Positions 30,149-41,913 are shown, counted from the stretch's first letter. The stretch: 64,000 bases of DNA from an uncultured bacterium (GCA_963825135.1 CAWGRW010000009.1:1408001-1472000); one strand, 5' to 3'. Numbers and translations: made by a program. The notes: generated from the sequence alone by a model not told the origin.

Positions 30149-31353
30149 AGGAGCCTTAGCCCTTCGTCGGATTCTGCGAAATATACTTTCGCGCTCAGGC
30201 CCGGCTCCGGGTGCCGCGCTTTATATCGGTCCAGCATCTCCGCGGCCGAGTCTTGCGAGAAATCCGTCCTGACAAAAGCGCTGACGGATCCGCCGTATCC
30301 TCCCCCGTTAAGCCTGCTCCCGTAAACCCCCTCAGTCGAGCTCATTATCTCATGCAGTGAGATAAGCTCGGGGCTGCCGATTTCGTAATTAGTGAATGAG
30401 CTCTCGCAGGATTCGTTCATGAGACGCCCGAAAGCGTTCATGTCGCCCCTGTTCCATGCCGCGACTCCCATAGTCACGCGTTCGACTTCCGTAAAGTAAT
30501 GAAGAGCCCTTCTCCTCAGGTCCGCGGGGAGCTTTGCCGATTTTTCACGAAATACTACTTCAGGAATATACGACAGGTTTTTTGCCGATCTCAGCCCCCC
30601 CATAATCCCGAGCAGCCCCGCGGCCTTTCTGCATTCTTCGACGCGTGTGTTGAAGCCCGACGCGGTGAGGTCGCGCGGGATGCCCGAATCTACGATCAAT
30701 ATTTTAAAGTCTTCCCAGTTTTTGGGCCTCGGATAAGCCGCAGTATGTCCGGTAACCGTATCTATGTATAAGAGGCTGTCTTTTTTGCCGTAAACGATCG
30801 ACGTTTGGTCAAGGATGCCGTTTGAGAGCCTCAGGTAATCGTTTTCGATCCTCCTGTCGAGCTCGACATACTCATCCGGCTTTAGCTCCAGATCGTTCAC
30901 GCACGCAAGCGCATAGAGGTATGCGAGTCCCGAAGACGCGGACGAGCTGAGACCGCTCGAGGGGAGAGAACCGGATAGTACGCCCGTGAACCCTCTCACG
31001 GCCCCACGGTACTCGTCGAGCGCTTTAGCGGCCCCCATCGCGTATCTGCCCCAGTCGTCCCTCGCGGGGGATTTGATATTGTCGATGCTGAATTCCGAGA
31101 CTCCGGGATAGTTCATGCTGTAGAGCCTGACTCTGTTATCGACGTTCGGTATGAACGCGAGCACCGTCCGTGCGTTGATAGTCATGCCCAGGACGGGTCC
31201 GCCCTGGTGGTCAATGTGCCCTCCCAGGGGGGAGATACGGTAGGGAGAAATCACTACTCCGAGCTGTGATTCGTCAAAGCTCTCTCTTCTCTTTAAATAC
31301 TCCGCGGTCTCTTCGACTTGTTTTTCCAGGGTGGAGAATTCCATTTTGTTCAT
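30145..31353 (-). CDS. GHMP sugar kinase, galacturonokinase/galactokinase-like
   Basis: SPYRISPLGGHIDHQGG, GLSSSAS, NGILDQ and GSRLNGGGYGG motifs; 4-bp overlap with the nucleotidyltransferase. Confidence 0.85.
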   Translation of the reverse strand: MNKMEFSTLEKQVEETAEYLKRRESFDESQLGVVISPYRISPLGGHIDHQGGPVLGMTINARTVLAFIPNVDNRVRLYSMNYPGVSEFSIDNIKSPARDDWGRYAMGAAKALDEYRGAVRGFTGVLSGSLPSSGLSSSASSGLAYLYALACVNDLELKPDEYVELDRRIENDYLRLSNGILDQTSIVYGKKDSLLYIDTVTGHTAAYPRPKNWEDFKILIVDSGIPRDLTASGFNTRVEECRKAAGLLGIMGGLRSAKNLSYIPEVVFREKSAKLPADLRRRALHYFTEVERVTMGVAAWNRGDMNAFGRLMNESCESSFTNYEIGSPELISLHEIMSSTEGVYGSRLNGGGYGGSVSAFVRTDFSQDSAAEMLDRYKARHPEPGLSAKVYFAESDEGLRLL

Positions 31354-31372
31354 CCGCCGTCTCAGTGAACGT

Positions 31373-33463
31373 TCAATCCGGCAGCAGCGAAAAACGCTGT
31401 ATCTCGTTCTGAAGCTGATAGAGGTTGTAATATATCCCCCTTCTCGCAAGCAGTTCCCTATGAGTCCCTGTTTCCGAAATCTCGCCCTTATGTATGACCA
31501 TGATCCTGTGGGCGTGCCTCACGTTCGAGAGCCTGTGAGCGATAATGAGCGTCGTCTGCTCCCGGGCTTCGTTCCTCAGCGCCTTTTGAATATTGCTTTC
31601 GATCCGCGCGTCGATATTCGAGGTCGCTTCGTCGAGTATCAGGAACTTCGATTCTTTTGAAAACGCCTGTCCCAGTGAGACAAGCTGTTTTTCGCCGGAC
31701 GATATGGTATTCCCGTTGGATTTTATCCGGTCGATCTGTACGGCCTTCGAGAAATTGTCGGTTTCGTCATCCGATATATCCTTTGCGAAAAGAAACAGGT
31801 CCTGAAATACCGCCGATATATTCCCTCTCAGGAACTCCGGGCTGAGCTCCCTTATGTCCCTGCCGTCGAAGAGTATCTGTCCCCTGTCGGCATCGTAGAA
31901 TCTGAGTATCAGATTCACTATCGTCGTCTTTCCCGACCCCGTTAGGCCGACCAGCGCTACGGTCTCTCCCGGCTCTATCGTGAAGGATACGTCCCTGAGC
32001 ACCCAGTCTCTGTCGTTATACGAGAACCAGACGTTTTTAAACTCGAGTTTGCCCCTTACGTAGGCTTCCCGGATCCCGTCTCTCTGCTCCGGTCTTACGT
32101 TTATCAGCTCGTAAAGGTTCTCGCTCGCCGCCGCCGCGGACTGGAAGATGTTGTACTTCTCCGCGAGCTCCGTGATCGGGCGGAAGAGCATTCTCACGTA
32201 ATAAAGATAAGCGAGAAGAGCGCCGATCGTGAGCTCGAGTCTCAGCACGCTGAGACCTCCGTACCATAGTATGAAAGCGACGGTGAATACGCTCATGAAT
32301 TCGATAAACGGTCTGAACGTCGCGTATACCCACAACTGGTCCATGTTCGCCTTGAAGTTCTCTCTGTTCGTCGCCTTGAATTTTTCGAAATTCTCCATTT
32401 CCCGGTTATATAGCTTGATGAGCACGATCCCTCTTACGCTTTCCTGCACGAATGAGTTCAGCTTCGCAATCGACTTCCTGACGTCCCTGTAAACCGTCTT
32501 GAGCTTCATTCTGAAAAGTCCCGCGAAAAACACCATCAGGACCGTAAAAACCGTAACGAACAGAGTGAGGTTCCTGTTCATGTAGAACATTATTATTATC
32601 ACGCCGATGATAACGAGAGCGTCTTTAAAAAATTGCACGGCCACGGAGGTGTACATTTCATTTATGGCGTTTACGTCGCTGGTCACGCGCGTCGTCAGCC
32701 TTCCGACGGGGTTTTTATCGAAAAAAGGCTGGGGGAGACTCAGTATATGAGTAAAGACGTCCGTTCTCATCCTGTGCATTATTTTATGACCCGAATAATT
32801 AAGCAGATATGTGAAGAGTGAGCTTAGAATAAAAATCCCCGACAGACACCCGAATACGATTGACGAGAGAATAACGACTTCCCTGATATCGTCGCTTCTC
32901 AGGATAAGCAGGTCTTTCCTGCCGAGGTCCTTAAGCGATGTATAACTTATATAATGGAGACCGCCGGCTTCGTTAAAGAGCCGGTTGTTCCGTTCAATAA
33001 TTTCGTCTACGCTCGAAAGCCTGTCCCCCTTGAAATGAGCGGGGTTTATAACTAGGTACTTCTCTTCGGCGACCATGCCGAGCTTCTCCAAGTCGTTCCT
33101 GTCGGCGTTATCGAGTTCAGACATGTCTATCAGGTAGGAATTCGCCCCCAGCGGGACCACCAGCGACGGGTATTTGTCCCTGATGGATTTTTCGAATTTC
33201 ACGTCCCTCTCATTGTCCTTGAAACGGGCTATGCCCCACGACGGGTAGACATATTTATCGACCGCGATCTTGGTCAGGTAGGGGACTGCGAGTTCGAGCA
33301 GCGCCGTCACGATCATGAGCGCGAGAGCCAGGGCCATAACCGCCCTGTGGGGTCCCGTGAAACTGTAGAGCCATCTGATTATTCTGAGGTCCTGCGTCCC
33401 CTTGCTCTTTTCCGGCTCCCCGCTGTCCGTCAACGCCAATGAGGTGTCTCCCCGTATGCGCAT
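31373..33463 (-). CDS. ABC exporter, fused permease/ATPase (MdlB-like half transporter)
   Basis: TM domain with FFDKNPVGRLTTRVTSD; Walker A GLTGSGKTT, ILDEATS, IAHRLS. Confidence 0.9.
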   Translation of the reverse strand: MRIRGDTSLALTDSGEPEKSKGTQDLRIIRWLYSFTGPHRAVMALALALMIVTALLELAVPYLTKIAVDKYVYPSWGIARFKDNERDVKFEKSIRDKYPSLVVPLGANSYLIDMSELDNADRNDLEKLGMVAEEKYLVINPAHFKGDRLSSVDEIIERNNRLFNEAGGLHYISYTSLKDLGRKDLLILRSDDIREVVILSSIVFGCLSGIFILSSLFTYLLNYSGHKIMHRMRTDVFTHILSLPQPFFDKNPVGRLTTRVTSDVNAINEMYTSVAVQFFKDALVIIGVIIIMFYMNRNLTLFVTVFTVLMVFFAGLFRMKLKTVYRDVRKSIAKLNSFVQESVRGIVLIKLYNREMENFEKFKATNRENFKANMDQLWVYATFRPFIEFMSVFTVAFILWYGGLSVLRLELTIGALLAYLYYVRMLFRPITELAEKYNIFQSAAAASENLYELINVRPEQRDGIREAYVRGKLEFKNVWFSYNDRDWVLRDVSFTIEPGETVALVGLTGSGKTTIVNLILRFYDADRGQILFDGRDIRELSPEFLRGNISAVFQDLFLFAKDISDDETDNFSKAVQIDRIKSNGNTISSGEKQLVSLGQAFSKESKFLILDEATSNIDARIESNIQKALRNEAREQTTLIIAHRLSNVRHAHRIMVIHKGEISETGTHRELLARRGIYYNLYQLQNEIQRFSLLPD

Positions 33464-33664
33464 GAATACGCTGATTCGACGATATATATTCTTCCGGCGG
33501 TCATATTAAGTCAGGATGTCCGAGGCCTTCCTTCTCCCCCTTTGTAATGGAAAACGATCTCCAGTACTATAATTCTATTTGCTCCCGGTGAAAAATCAAA
33601 ACTGTCATGCATAGTTTTGCCGTCGATATCGGACGGGTCGGCATTAAAAAAACTGGAGGTGTCT

Positions 33665-33967
33665 ATGATTAAACACATCGTCATGTGGAGGCTCAAGGAC
33701 TTCGCCGCCGGAGCCTCGAAAGAGGAGAATGCGAGGAAGCTTAAGGAATCGCTCGAGGCGCTCGACGGAGTTATAGGGGAGATAGCGGCCATTGAGGTCG
33801 GTATTAATTTTAATTCCTCCCCCGCGGCGTTCGATGTGGTTCTATATTCCGAATTTGGAAACAGGGAAGGGCTCGAAGCGTATCAGAACCACCCCGAACA
33901 TCTGAAAATAGTGGATTTCGTGGGCGAGATCCGCTCTGACAGAGCGGTTGTGGATTATGAATACTGA
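33665..33967 (+). CDS. Dabb (stress-responsive A/B barrel) protein
   Basis: MIKHIVMW, YQNHPEH and RAVVDYE motifs; GGAGG SD. Confidence 0.9.
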   Translation: MIKHIVMWRLKDFAAGASKEENARKLKESLEALDGVIGEIAAIEVGINFNSSPAAFDVVLYSEFGNREGLEAYQNHPEHLKIVDFVGEIRSDRAVVDYEY

Positions 33968-33982
33968 TTCGCGGGGGTCTGA

Positions 33983-35023
33983 TTAACCTGAAGCCATTCC
34001 TTTTCCCCTGAAGTACCTGGGGCGGGACGTGGAATAGGGGTTGATGTCCAGCTCGGAAGTTTCCCCCAGCCTGAGTCTCGCCGCGCCGAGCGCCCCTATC
34101 ATCGCGGCGTTGTCGGTGCAGAGTACCGGTGACGGAATATAAAGCGTTATCCCTTCCTCGCCGAACCTCTCCCTCGCCAGAGCCCTGAGCCTGGAATTGC
34201 AGGCTACTCCGCCCGAAATGACCGCTGATTTCACTCCGTATTCCCTGGCTGCGAGGAGCGTTTTTTCCGTGAGCGTTTCCGCTATGGCTTCCTGGTAACC
34301 AGCGCATATGTCTCTTAACTGTCCCCGGTCAGGGTCCGGGTGTTTCCTCAAGTAATATACGAGCGAGGTCTTAAGCCCGCTGAAGCTGAAGTCGAAGGAC
34401 GAGGAGCTTTTAAACGGTCTCGGAAAAGGAATCGCCTCGGGGTTTCCCTCTTTCGCGAGCCTGTCTATCGCCACTCCTCCGGGGTATTCGAGTCCGAGGG
34501 CTTTCGCTGCCTTATCGAACGCCTCCCCCGCCGCGTCGTCCCTCGTTTTTCCGATGAGCTCGAATTCGGTGTAATTCTTGACCAGAAACAGGCTCGTATG
34601 TCCGCCCGAGACCACTAGTCCCACGAAAGGGAACTCCACATCGTGCTCCAGATGCACCGCCGAGAGATGCGCTTCGAGGTGGTTCACGCCGATCAGCGGG
34701 ATGCCGAGCCCGTAGGCGAACGCCTTTGCGGTGGAAAGTCCGACCATGAGCGAGCCGATCAGCCCCGGACCGTTCGTAACCGCTATCCCTTCCAGCTCCC
34801 CGGTGTGCCTGTCCGCTTCGGTTAATGCTTTTTTAATCACGGCGAGAATCAGCTCTACGTGTTTTCTCGACGCGATTTCCGGCACGACGCCGCCGTATTC
34901 CTTGTGAATATCCGCCTGGGACGCTACGACGTTCGAGAGGGTTTTCCTTCCCCCTTCGATAACGGCCGCGGCCGTTTCGTCGCAGGACGTCTCAATGCCC
35001 AGTATCAAACTATGCATGCCCAT
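33983..35023 (-). CDS. tsaD: tRNA threonylcarbamoyladenosine transferase subunit TsaD
   Basis: LGIETSCDET, GGVVPEIASR, NHLEAH, SGGHT, DDAAGEAFDK and TDNAAMI motifs. Confidence 0.96.
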   Translation of the reverse strand: MGMHSLILGIETSCDETAAAVIEGGRKTLSNVVASQADIHKEYGGVVPEIASRKHVELILAVIKKALTEADRHTGELEGIAVTNGPGLIGSLMVGLSTAKAFAYGLGIPLIGVNHLEAHLSAVHLEHDVEFPFVGLVVSGGHTSLFLVKNYTEFELIGKTRDDAAGEAFDKAAKALGLEYPGGVAIDRLAKEGNPEAIPFPRPFKSSSSFDFSFSGLKTSLVYYLRKHPDPDRGQLRDICAGYQEAIAETLTEKTLLAAREYGVKSAVISGGVACNSRLRALARERFGEEGITLYIPSPVLCTDNAAMIGALGAARLRLGETSELDINPYSTSRPRYFRGKGMASG

Positions 35024-35136
35024 TAGTTTACAGCACCCGGGAACGTTCACAAATTAGGGCTTTCATTGCGCTTTACCGCCGTTACTTTTATACTATAAGT
35101 TGGCGGATTTGTTGTCCCGCTCTGCTTTTTATCTAG

Positions 35137-37059
<1,923 letters not shown>

Positions 37060-37174
37060 CGCCCGGCTCATCTCTGTCGTGCTTAAACAAGAACTTGCTT
37101 GTAACGCCGGGTCCGGACGCCCTATCGCATAGAATCCCGTTTTCTAGTTTCCGGCGCTCTCAGCCGCGGCTCTA

Positions 37175-38785
37175 TCACCTGAAAAACGGAAAAAACCCGC
37201 CTCCTCCGGTGCTCCCCGTGCTTCGTTTTATTGCCTGGCTCGCGCGGTTTGTAATCTTGCATGTGGACGAGATCTCCGCCCTGGCTTGCATGTAAACGGT
37301 CCTTCCGCCGAGACTCCTCGACAGGCTTACATTTATAGTTGCTTTGCCGGTCGAATCCGCGGAAGCCGTACCCAGCAATGCCGGACTTCTCAGGTCAAGC
37401 GCCTTCCCCTTGCATGCTCCTGTTGAAATGGAGGTCCTCCCTGTGGATGTCGAAGAGTAGAACCTGACAAGTGAGCCCCGCGGCGCGCCTGTAACGGTCA
37501 ATGAATTTCTGACCCCCGCCGTTCCGGGAGTGAACTTGGAAAGAGTCGCGCTCGCTGACGGGGGCGCGGTTGGTTTCGGAGTAGGCACAGGCGTGGGAAC
37601 AGGGGTGGGCTGAGGCAAGGAGGCTTTGTCTACAATTTTAAATATTTCTCCGTCGAGGTCGATTATGTATATCTCGCCTTTGTCGTCTTCACCGAACGAT
37701 GAGATATTGTCGATGGTCTGTCCGGTGATAGGTTTGAGCTCGGCGGTACGATCCGTGAATTGCGTGACGGTATTCCCGCTCCTTACGAAAGACCATATCT
37801 TGCCGCTACAGTAATCGGCGAAGAAATATGTTCCGTCTAGCGCCGGTATCGCCGTCCCTCTGTACACGTAACCACCGGTTACGGCGCAGTTCCCCCCAGC
37901 GTGCGTGTAATCATAGATCGGCTTTATCAACACGGGGTCGTCGCATGTGCACCCGGATAGACCCGTGCACGCGTTACCCTCCATGCAGCGCCAGCCGTAA
38001 TTCTCCCCGCCCGTACTCGTTCCCGCCTGGAAGCTGATTTCTTCCCTCGTATCCTGTCCTACGTCGCCGATATAGAGATTGCCGTTAAGCCTGTCGAAGC
38101 TGAACCGCCATGGGTTTCTAAAACCCTCGGCCCAAATAATATCGAGAACGGAGGGGTCGCCGTTAAAGGGGTTGCTCGCGGGGGCCGTGAATATAGTGCC
38201 GTTTCCGACGTCGATCCTCAGCAGTTTACCGAGTTCCGTCTGCCCGTCCTGCGCCCTGTTGCCGGGGTCATACCCGGAGCCGCCGTCTCCCGTGCCTATG
38301 TACAGATAGTCGTCATTCGGGCTGAATGCGAGCATCCCGCCGTTGTGGTTACTGAAGGGCTGTGTGACGGTCATCATTATCTGCTCGCTGCTCGCATCCG
38401 CAACATCTGGGTTCGCCGATACCTTGTAACGGGCAATAACCGTATTTCCGGAATTATCCGTATAGTCAACGTAGAAATAGCCGTTACTGGCATAATTCGG
38501 GTGAAAGGCGAGACCGAGAAGACCCCTCTCGCCGCCGCTTGAGGCTTTGGAGTCGATATTTAAAAAGGGCGTGGCGAGCACAGCCCCGTTCTTGATTATC
38601 CTGATTGTCGCCGAGTTTTGCTCGACTATGAAGAGACGGGCCGAATCCCCGGCAGGGGTCGTCAGAAACAGGGGCTCGGAGAAGCCGCCTGCGACTTTAA
38701 CCGTGGTGAGCTCTACACCCCGCGAACTGTAGACGGTAAATACTGTTAATGCCGAAATTATCAGGAATTTCAGATACGCGCTCAT
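37175..38785 (-). CDS. Secreted PQQ-dependent sugar dehydrogenase family (glucose/sorbosone dehydrogenase) protein with Pro/Thr linker and C-terminal beta domain
   Basis: Signal peptide; GERGLLGLAFHP, NHNGG, GDGG, GFRNPWRFSFD, DVGQ and NYGW motifs; linker PQPTPVPTPVPTPKPTAPPS. Confidence 0.88.
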   Translation of the reverse strand: MSAYLKFLIISALTVFTVYSSRGVELTTVKVAGGFSEPLFLTTPAGDSARLFIVEQNSATIRIIKNGAVLATPFLNIDSKASSGGERGLLGLAFHPNYASNGYFYVDYTDNSGNTVIARYKVSANPDVADASSEQIMMTVTQPFSNHNGGMLAFSPNDDYLYIGTGDGGSGYDPGNRAQDGQTELGKLLRIDVGNGTIFTAPASNPFNGDPSVLDIIWAEGFRNPWRFSFDRLNGNLYIGDVGQDTREEISFQAGTSTGGENYGWRCMEGNACTGLSGCTCDDPVLIKPIYDYTHAGGNCAVTGGYVYRGTAIPALDGTYFFADYCSGKIWSFVRSGNTVTQFTDRTAELKPITGQTIDNISSFGEDDKGEIYIIDLDGEIFKIVDKASLPQPTPVPTPVPTPKPTAPPSASATLSKFTPGTAGVRNSLTVTGAPRGSLVRFYSSTSTGRTSISTGACKGKALDLRSPALLGTASADSTGKATINVSLSRSLGGRTVYMQARAEISSTCKITNRASQAIKRSTGSTGGGGFFPFFR

Positions 38786-38856
38786 AACGTAAACCCCCTC
38801 AGCCGGTCCTCATATCCGAGAGCAAAGGGAGACTGTGACGTATCCGTGGATTCGCC

Positions 38857-38953
38857 CCTACTTCGGTAACCAGTCTACCTTAGGCCCTTTCGAGCCCTTA
38901 GGTCTTGGGTTTTGCGTCCCGTCTTTTCAGGCGGTTTGCCGTTTCGGATGAGG
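38857..38953 (-). ncRNA. Cyclic di-GMP-I (GEMM) riboswitch
   Basis: Minus strand GGCAAACCGCCT-GAAA-AGACGGGACGCAAAACC...CCTAAGG...CCTAAGGTAG...GGTTACCG matches the GEMM consensus; lies in the 5' UTR of the 37175-38785 gene. Confidence 0.92.
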
Positions 38954-39140
38954 ACTTTATTTTGTATATACAAATGATAGCACCTAAATTAATTCTAATC
39001 AACAATAATTTAGCACGCGTTCCGGGGCTATCGAACCGGTTGCCCTTCCGGAATATTCGGTCATATTGTATATAAACGCATCTGCGGCGGGGCCGTGATT
39101 CGGCCGGTTCGTCAAATTGCAAAAACACGGAGGGACGTCG

Positions 39141-40142
39141 ATGAGCAGCAGGAAATTCAGGGCACTCGTGGTCGAGGAGACCGGGGAGAATACATTCGCG
39201 AGATCGGTTAAGGATAGGTCAACCGATGACCTGCCTGCGGGAGAGGTGCTGATCCGCGTTCACTACTCCTCGCTTAACTATAAAGACGCCCTTTCCGCGA
39301 CCGGCAACAAAGGCGTGACTAAGAATTATCCACACACGCCCGGCATCGACGCCTCGGGCGTCGTCCAGGAGAGCGCTTCGGGTGACTTCAAGCCGGGCGA
39401 AGAGGTCCTCGTGACAGGTTACGACCTCGGAGCCAATACTTCAGGCGGGTACGGGGAGTATATAAGAGTGCCCTCCGATTGGGTCATCAAGCTCCCGGCG
39501 GGCCTCTCACCCATGGAATCTATGGTTTACGGGACCGCGGGCTTCACCGCCGCCCTCTCCGTTTACAAAATGGAGGAACACGGGGTCGCCCCCGGGATGG
39601 GGGAGGTGCTCGTTACGGGCGCTACAGGCGGCGTCGGGAGCGTCGCTTCGGGCATTCTCGCAAAATCGGGTTACCGCGTCGTCGCCTCCACGGGGAAGAC
39701 CGACCGGAATCAGCTGCTCCTGGGTCTCGGCGTAAAAGAGGTGATAAGCAGGGAGGACGCGAAGGATACGTCGGGACGAGCCCTCCTCAAGGCGAGGTGG
39801 GCGGGGGTGGTGGATACGGTCGGGGGAGAAATACTCGCTACCGCTGTCAAATCAGCCGGACAGCACGGGGTCGTCACGTGCTGCGGTAATGTGGCTTCGG
39901 CGGACCTGCCCCTAAGCGTATATCCGTTCATTTTGAGAGGGGTCACTCTCGTCGGCATAGATTCCGCATACTGTCCGATGGACGTGAGAAAAAGGGTCTG
40001 GGCGAAGATCGCGAACGAATGGAAATTAGACAGGCTCGATATATTAACGACAGAGATTTCCCTGGCTCAGCTGGACAAACACGTAGAGCTAATACTGCAG
40101 GGGAAGGAGAGTGGAAGAGTAGTCGTTAACATGATGAAGTAG
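39141..40142 (+). CDS. YhdH/AcuI-family quinone oxidoreductase (acryloyl-CoA reductase-like)
   Basis: YSSLNYKD, GTAGFTA, TGATGGVGS and PFILRGV motifs. Confidence 0.9.
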   Translation: MSSRKFRALVVEETGENTFARSVKDRSTDDLPAGEVLIRVHYSSLNYKDALSATGNKGVTKNYPHTPGIDASGVVQESASGDFKPGEEVLVTGYDLGANTSGGYGEYIRVPSDWVIKLPAGLSPMESMVYGTAGFTAALSVYKMEEHGVAPGMGEVLVTGATGGVGSVASGILAKSGYRVVASTGKTDRNQLLLGLGVKEVISREDAKDTSGRALLKARWAGVVDTVGGEILATAVKSAGQHGVVTCCGNVASADLPLSVYPFILRGVTLVGIDSAYCPMDVRKRVWAKIANEWKLDRLDILTTEISLAQLDKHVELILQGKESGRVVVNMMK

Positions 40143-40242
40143 GATGCGTATGACCATGTCAGGACCTGGGTCTGTTCGCTATCCGGCGCCTTTACGATTA
40201 ATTCCCCCGGGTTTCGACTCAATCCCCCTGTTTAACCTGTAG

Positions 40243-40280
40243 TGTTCAATTTTTAGAATACCTTGCTTAAGTTTTAGGCA
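40243..40280. promoter_or_regulatory. Putative NtrC-type enhancer sites upstream of amtB
   Basis: 17-bp TGCTTAAGTTTTAGGCA (40264-40280; TGC-N11-GCA) and a weaker copy starting 21 bp upstream. Confidence 0.55.
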
Positions 40281-40342
40281 CTCAACTCCCCGGGATTTCG
40301 CGTAAGTCCCCAATTTTATTGATAGATAATCGACCCCCTAGC

Positions 40343-40358
40343 TGGTATGCCGTTTGCA
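40343..40358 (+). promoter_or_regulatory. Sigma-54 promoter of amtB
   Basis: TGGTAT-GCCGT-TTGCA, with correct -24/-12 spacing. Confidence 0.75.
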
Positions 40359-40524
40359 TTCATTATATGTGAGATTGTATGGATGAGTAGGCAGGAATTC
40401 CCGAGAATATAGGGCATTGAATAACAAAGGATCGATTGAGGCGGTCTGCTTCAAACAATGGCCGATACTCGGAACTGTACGGTTTCAATTAAACACCCGA
40501 TTACCGCACAAAGGAGGATTTGAT

Positions 40525-41913
40525 ATGAGAAAGGTAGCTTTGAAGTTTAATTCGAAAGTTTCGCTGCTGTCTATATTTTTGCTGATGTTGTTTTTGTTTC
40601 TGCCCGATTTGTCCCACGCCCAGGAAGGGCCCGCGATCGACACGGGGGACACGGCCTGGATGCTCACATCCTCGCTTCTGGTCCTGATGATGACGATTCC
40701 CGGACTTTTCCTTTTCTATGGAGGCTTGGTTCGCTCCAAGAACGCTCTGGGGACCTTCATGCACAGCTTTTTCATCGTGGCATTGGTTTCCATACAATGG
40801 GTTATCATAGGTTATACCCTTGCTTTCGGACCCGATATATCCCATTTCATCGGGAATCTCGACTGGCTTGGTTTAAACGGGGTCACGGGCGCGCCCTCAG
40901 ACGTTTGGGCGACCACCATACCTCATAACCTCTTCATGGTTTATCAGCTGACTTTCGCCGTAATAACCGTGGCTCTTATCACGGGCTCGTTCGCGGAGCG
41001 CGCAAAATTCAGCACATTCATCATCTTCGTCCTTCTCTGGACGACATTCATATACGATCCGCTGGCCCATTGGGTTTGGGGAGGCGGATGGATAGGGGCT
41101 ATGGGCGCTCTCGATTTCGCCGGCGGTACGGTGGTGCACATAAGCTCCGGCGCCGCAGCCCTCGCAGCAGCCATTATGTTCGGAAAGAGGATCGGATACG
41201 GCCGAGAACCTATGGCGCCTCATTTCCTGCCTTACAGCGTCATCGGCGCTTCACTGCTCTGGGTAGGGTGGTTCGGTTTTAACGCGGGCAGTGCTGTGGC
41301 CGCAAACGGCCTTGCAAGCACGGCTTTCGTTACGACCAATACTGCGACAGCGGCAGCGGTGCTCGGCTGGGTATTCATAGAGTGGATCGTCAGGGGCAAA
41401 CCGACAGTACTCGGCGCGGCCTCGGGAGCGGTGGCGGGTCTTGTGGCGATAACGCCCGCGGCGGGTTTTGTGACCCCTATGGCTGCGATACTTGTCGGCC
41501 TCGGCGGCGGTATATTCTGCTTCCTGGCCGTCAACCTGAGACCTAAGCTTGGTTATGACGATTCCCTGGACGTGGTGGGCGTGCACGGCATAGGCGGGAC
41601 GTGGGGTGCTCTTGCGACCGGGTTATTCGCGACCACAGCCGTTAATTCAGCCGGGCGCGACGGCCTCTTCTACGGAAATCCCGGGCAATTGTGGATACAG
41701 TTTGTGGGCGTCGTAGCCACATGGGCGTTCTCGTTCGTGGGCACGATGATCATTCTGGTCATCCTCAAGGCTGTAATGGGGCTAAGAGTGTCTTCCGAAA
41801 AAGAAATCGTAGGGCTCGACCTCGGCGAGCACGGAGAGGAAGCCTATTCAGGGTTTCAATTGTCTCAGGGCTATGGTACTCCCGAGCATGGAGTCAGGCT
41901 CACAGAAGAATAA
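40525..41913 (+). CDS. amtB: Ammonium transporter
   Basis: DTGDTAW, DFAGGTVVH, GWFGFNAGS and DDSLDVVGVHG motifs; AAGGAGG SD. Confidence 0.96.
   Translation: MRKVALKFNSKVSLLSIFLLMLFLFLPDLSHAQEGPAIDTGDTAWMLTSSLLVLMMTIPGLFLFYGGLVRSKNALGTFMHSFFIVALVSIQWVIIGYTLAFGPDISHFIGNLDWLGLNGVTGAPSDVWATTIPHNLFMVYQLTFAVITVALITGSFAERAKFSTFIIFVLLWTTFIYDPLAHWVWGGGWIGAMGALDFAGGTVVHISSGAAALAAAIMFGKRIGYGREPMAPHFLPYSVIGASLLWVGWFGFNAGSAVAANGLASTAFVTTNTATAAAVLGWVFIEWIVRGKPTVLGAASGAVAGLVAITPAAGFVTPMAAILVGLGGGIFCFLAVNLRPKLGYDDSLDVVGVHGIGGTWGALATGLFATTAVNSAGRDGLFYGNPGQLWIQFVGVVATWAFSFVGTMIILVILKAVMGLRVSSEKEIVGLDLGEHGEEAYSGFQLSQGYGTPEHGVRLTEE

Noticed and set aside
38857..38953. cGAMP-sensing (GEMM-Ib) variant of the riboswitch
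   Set aside because: The discriminator position is G (GGCAAACC), not A
40252..40266. TTTAG-AATAC-CTTGC as a fourth MarR-type operator
   Set aside because: The right half-site is broken, and the sequence overlaps the NtrC-like sites that explain it better
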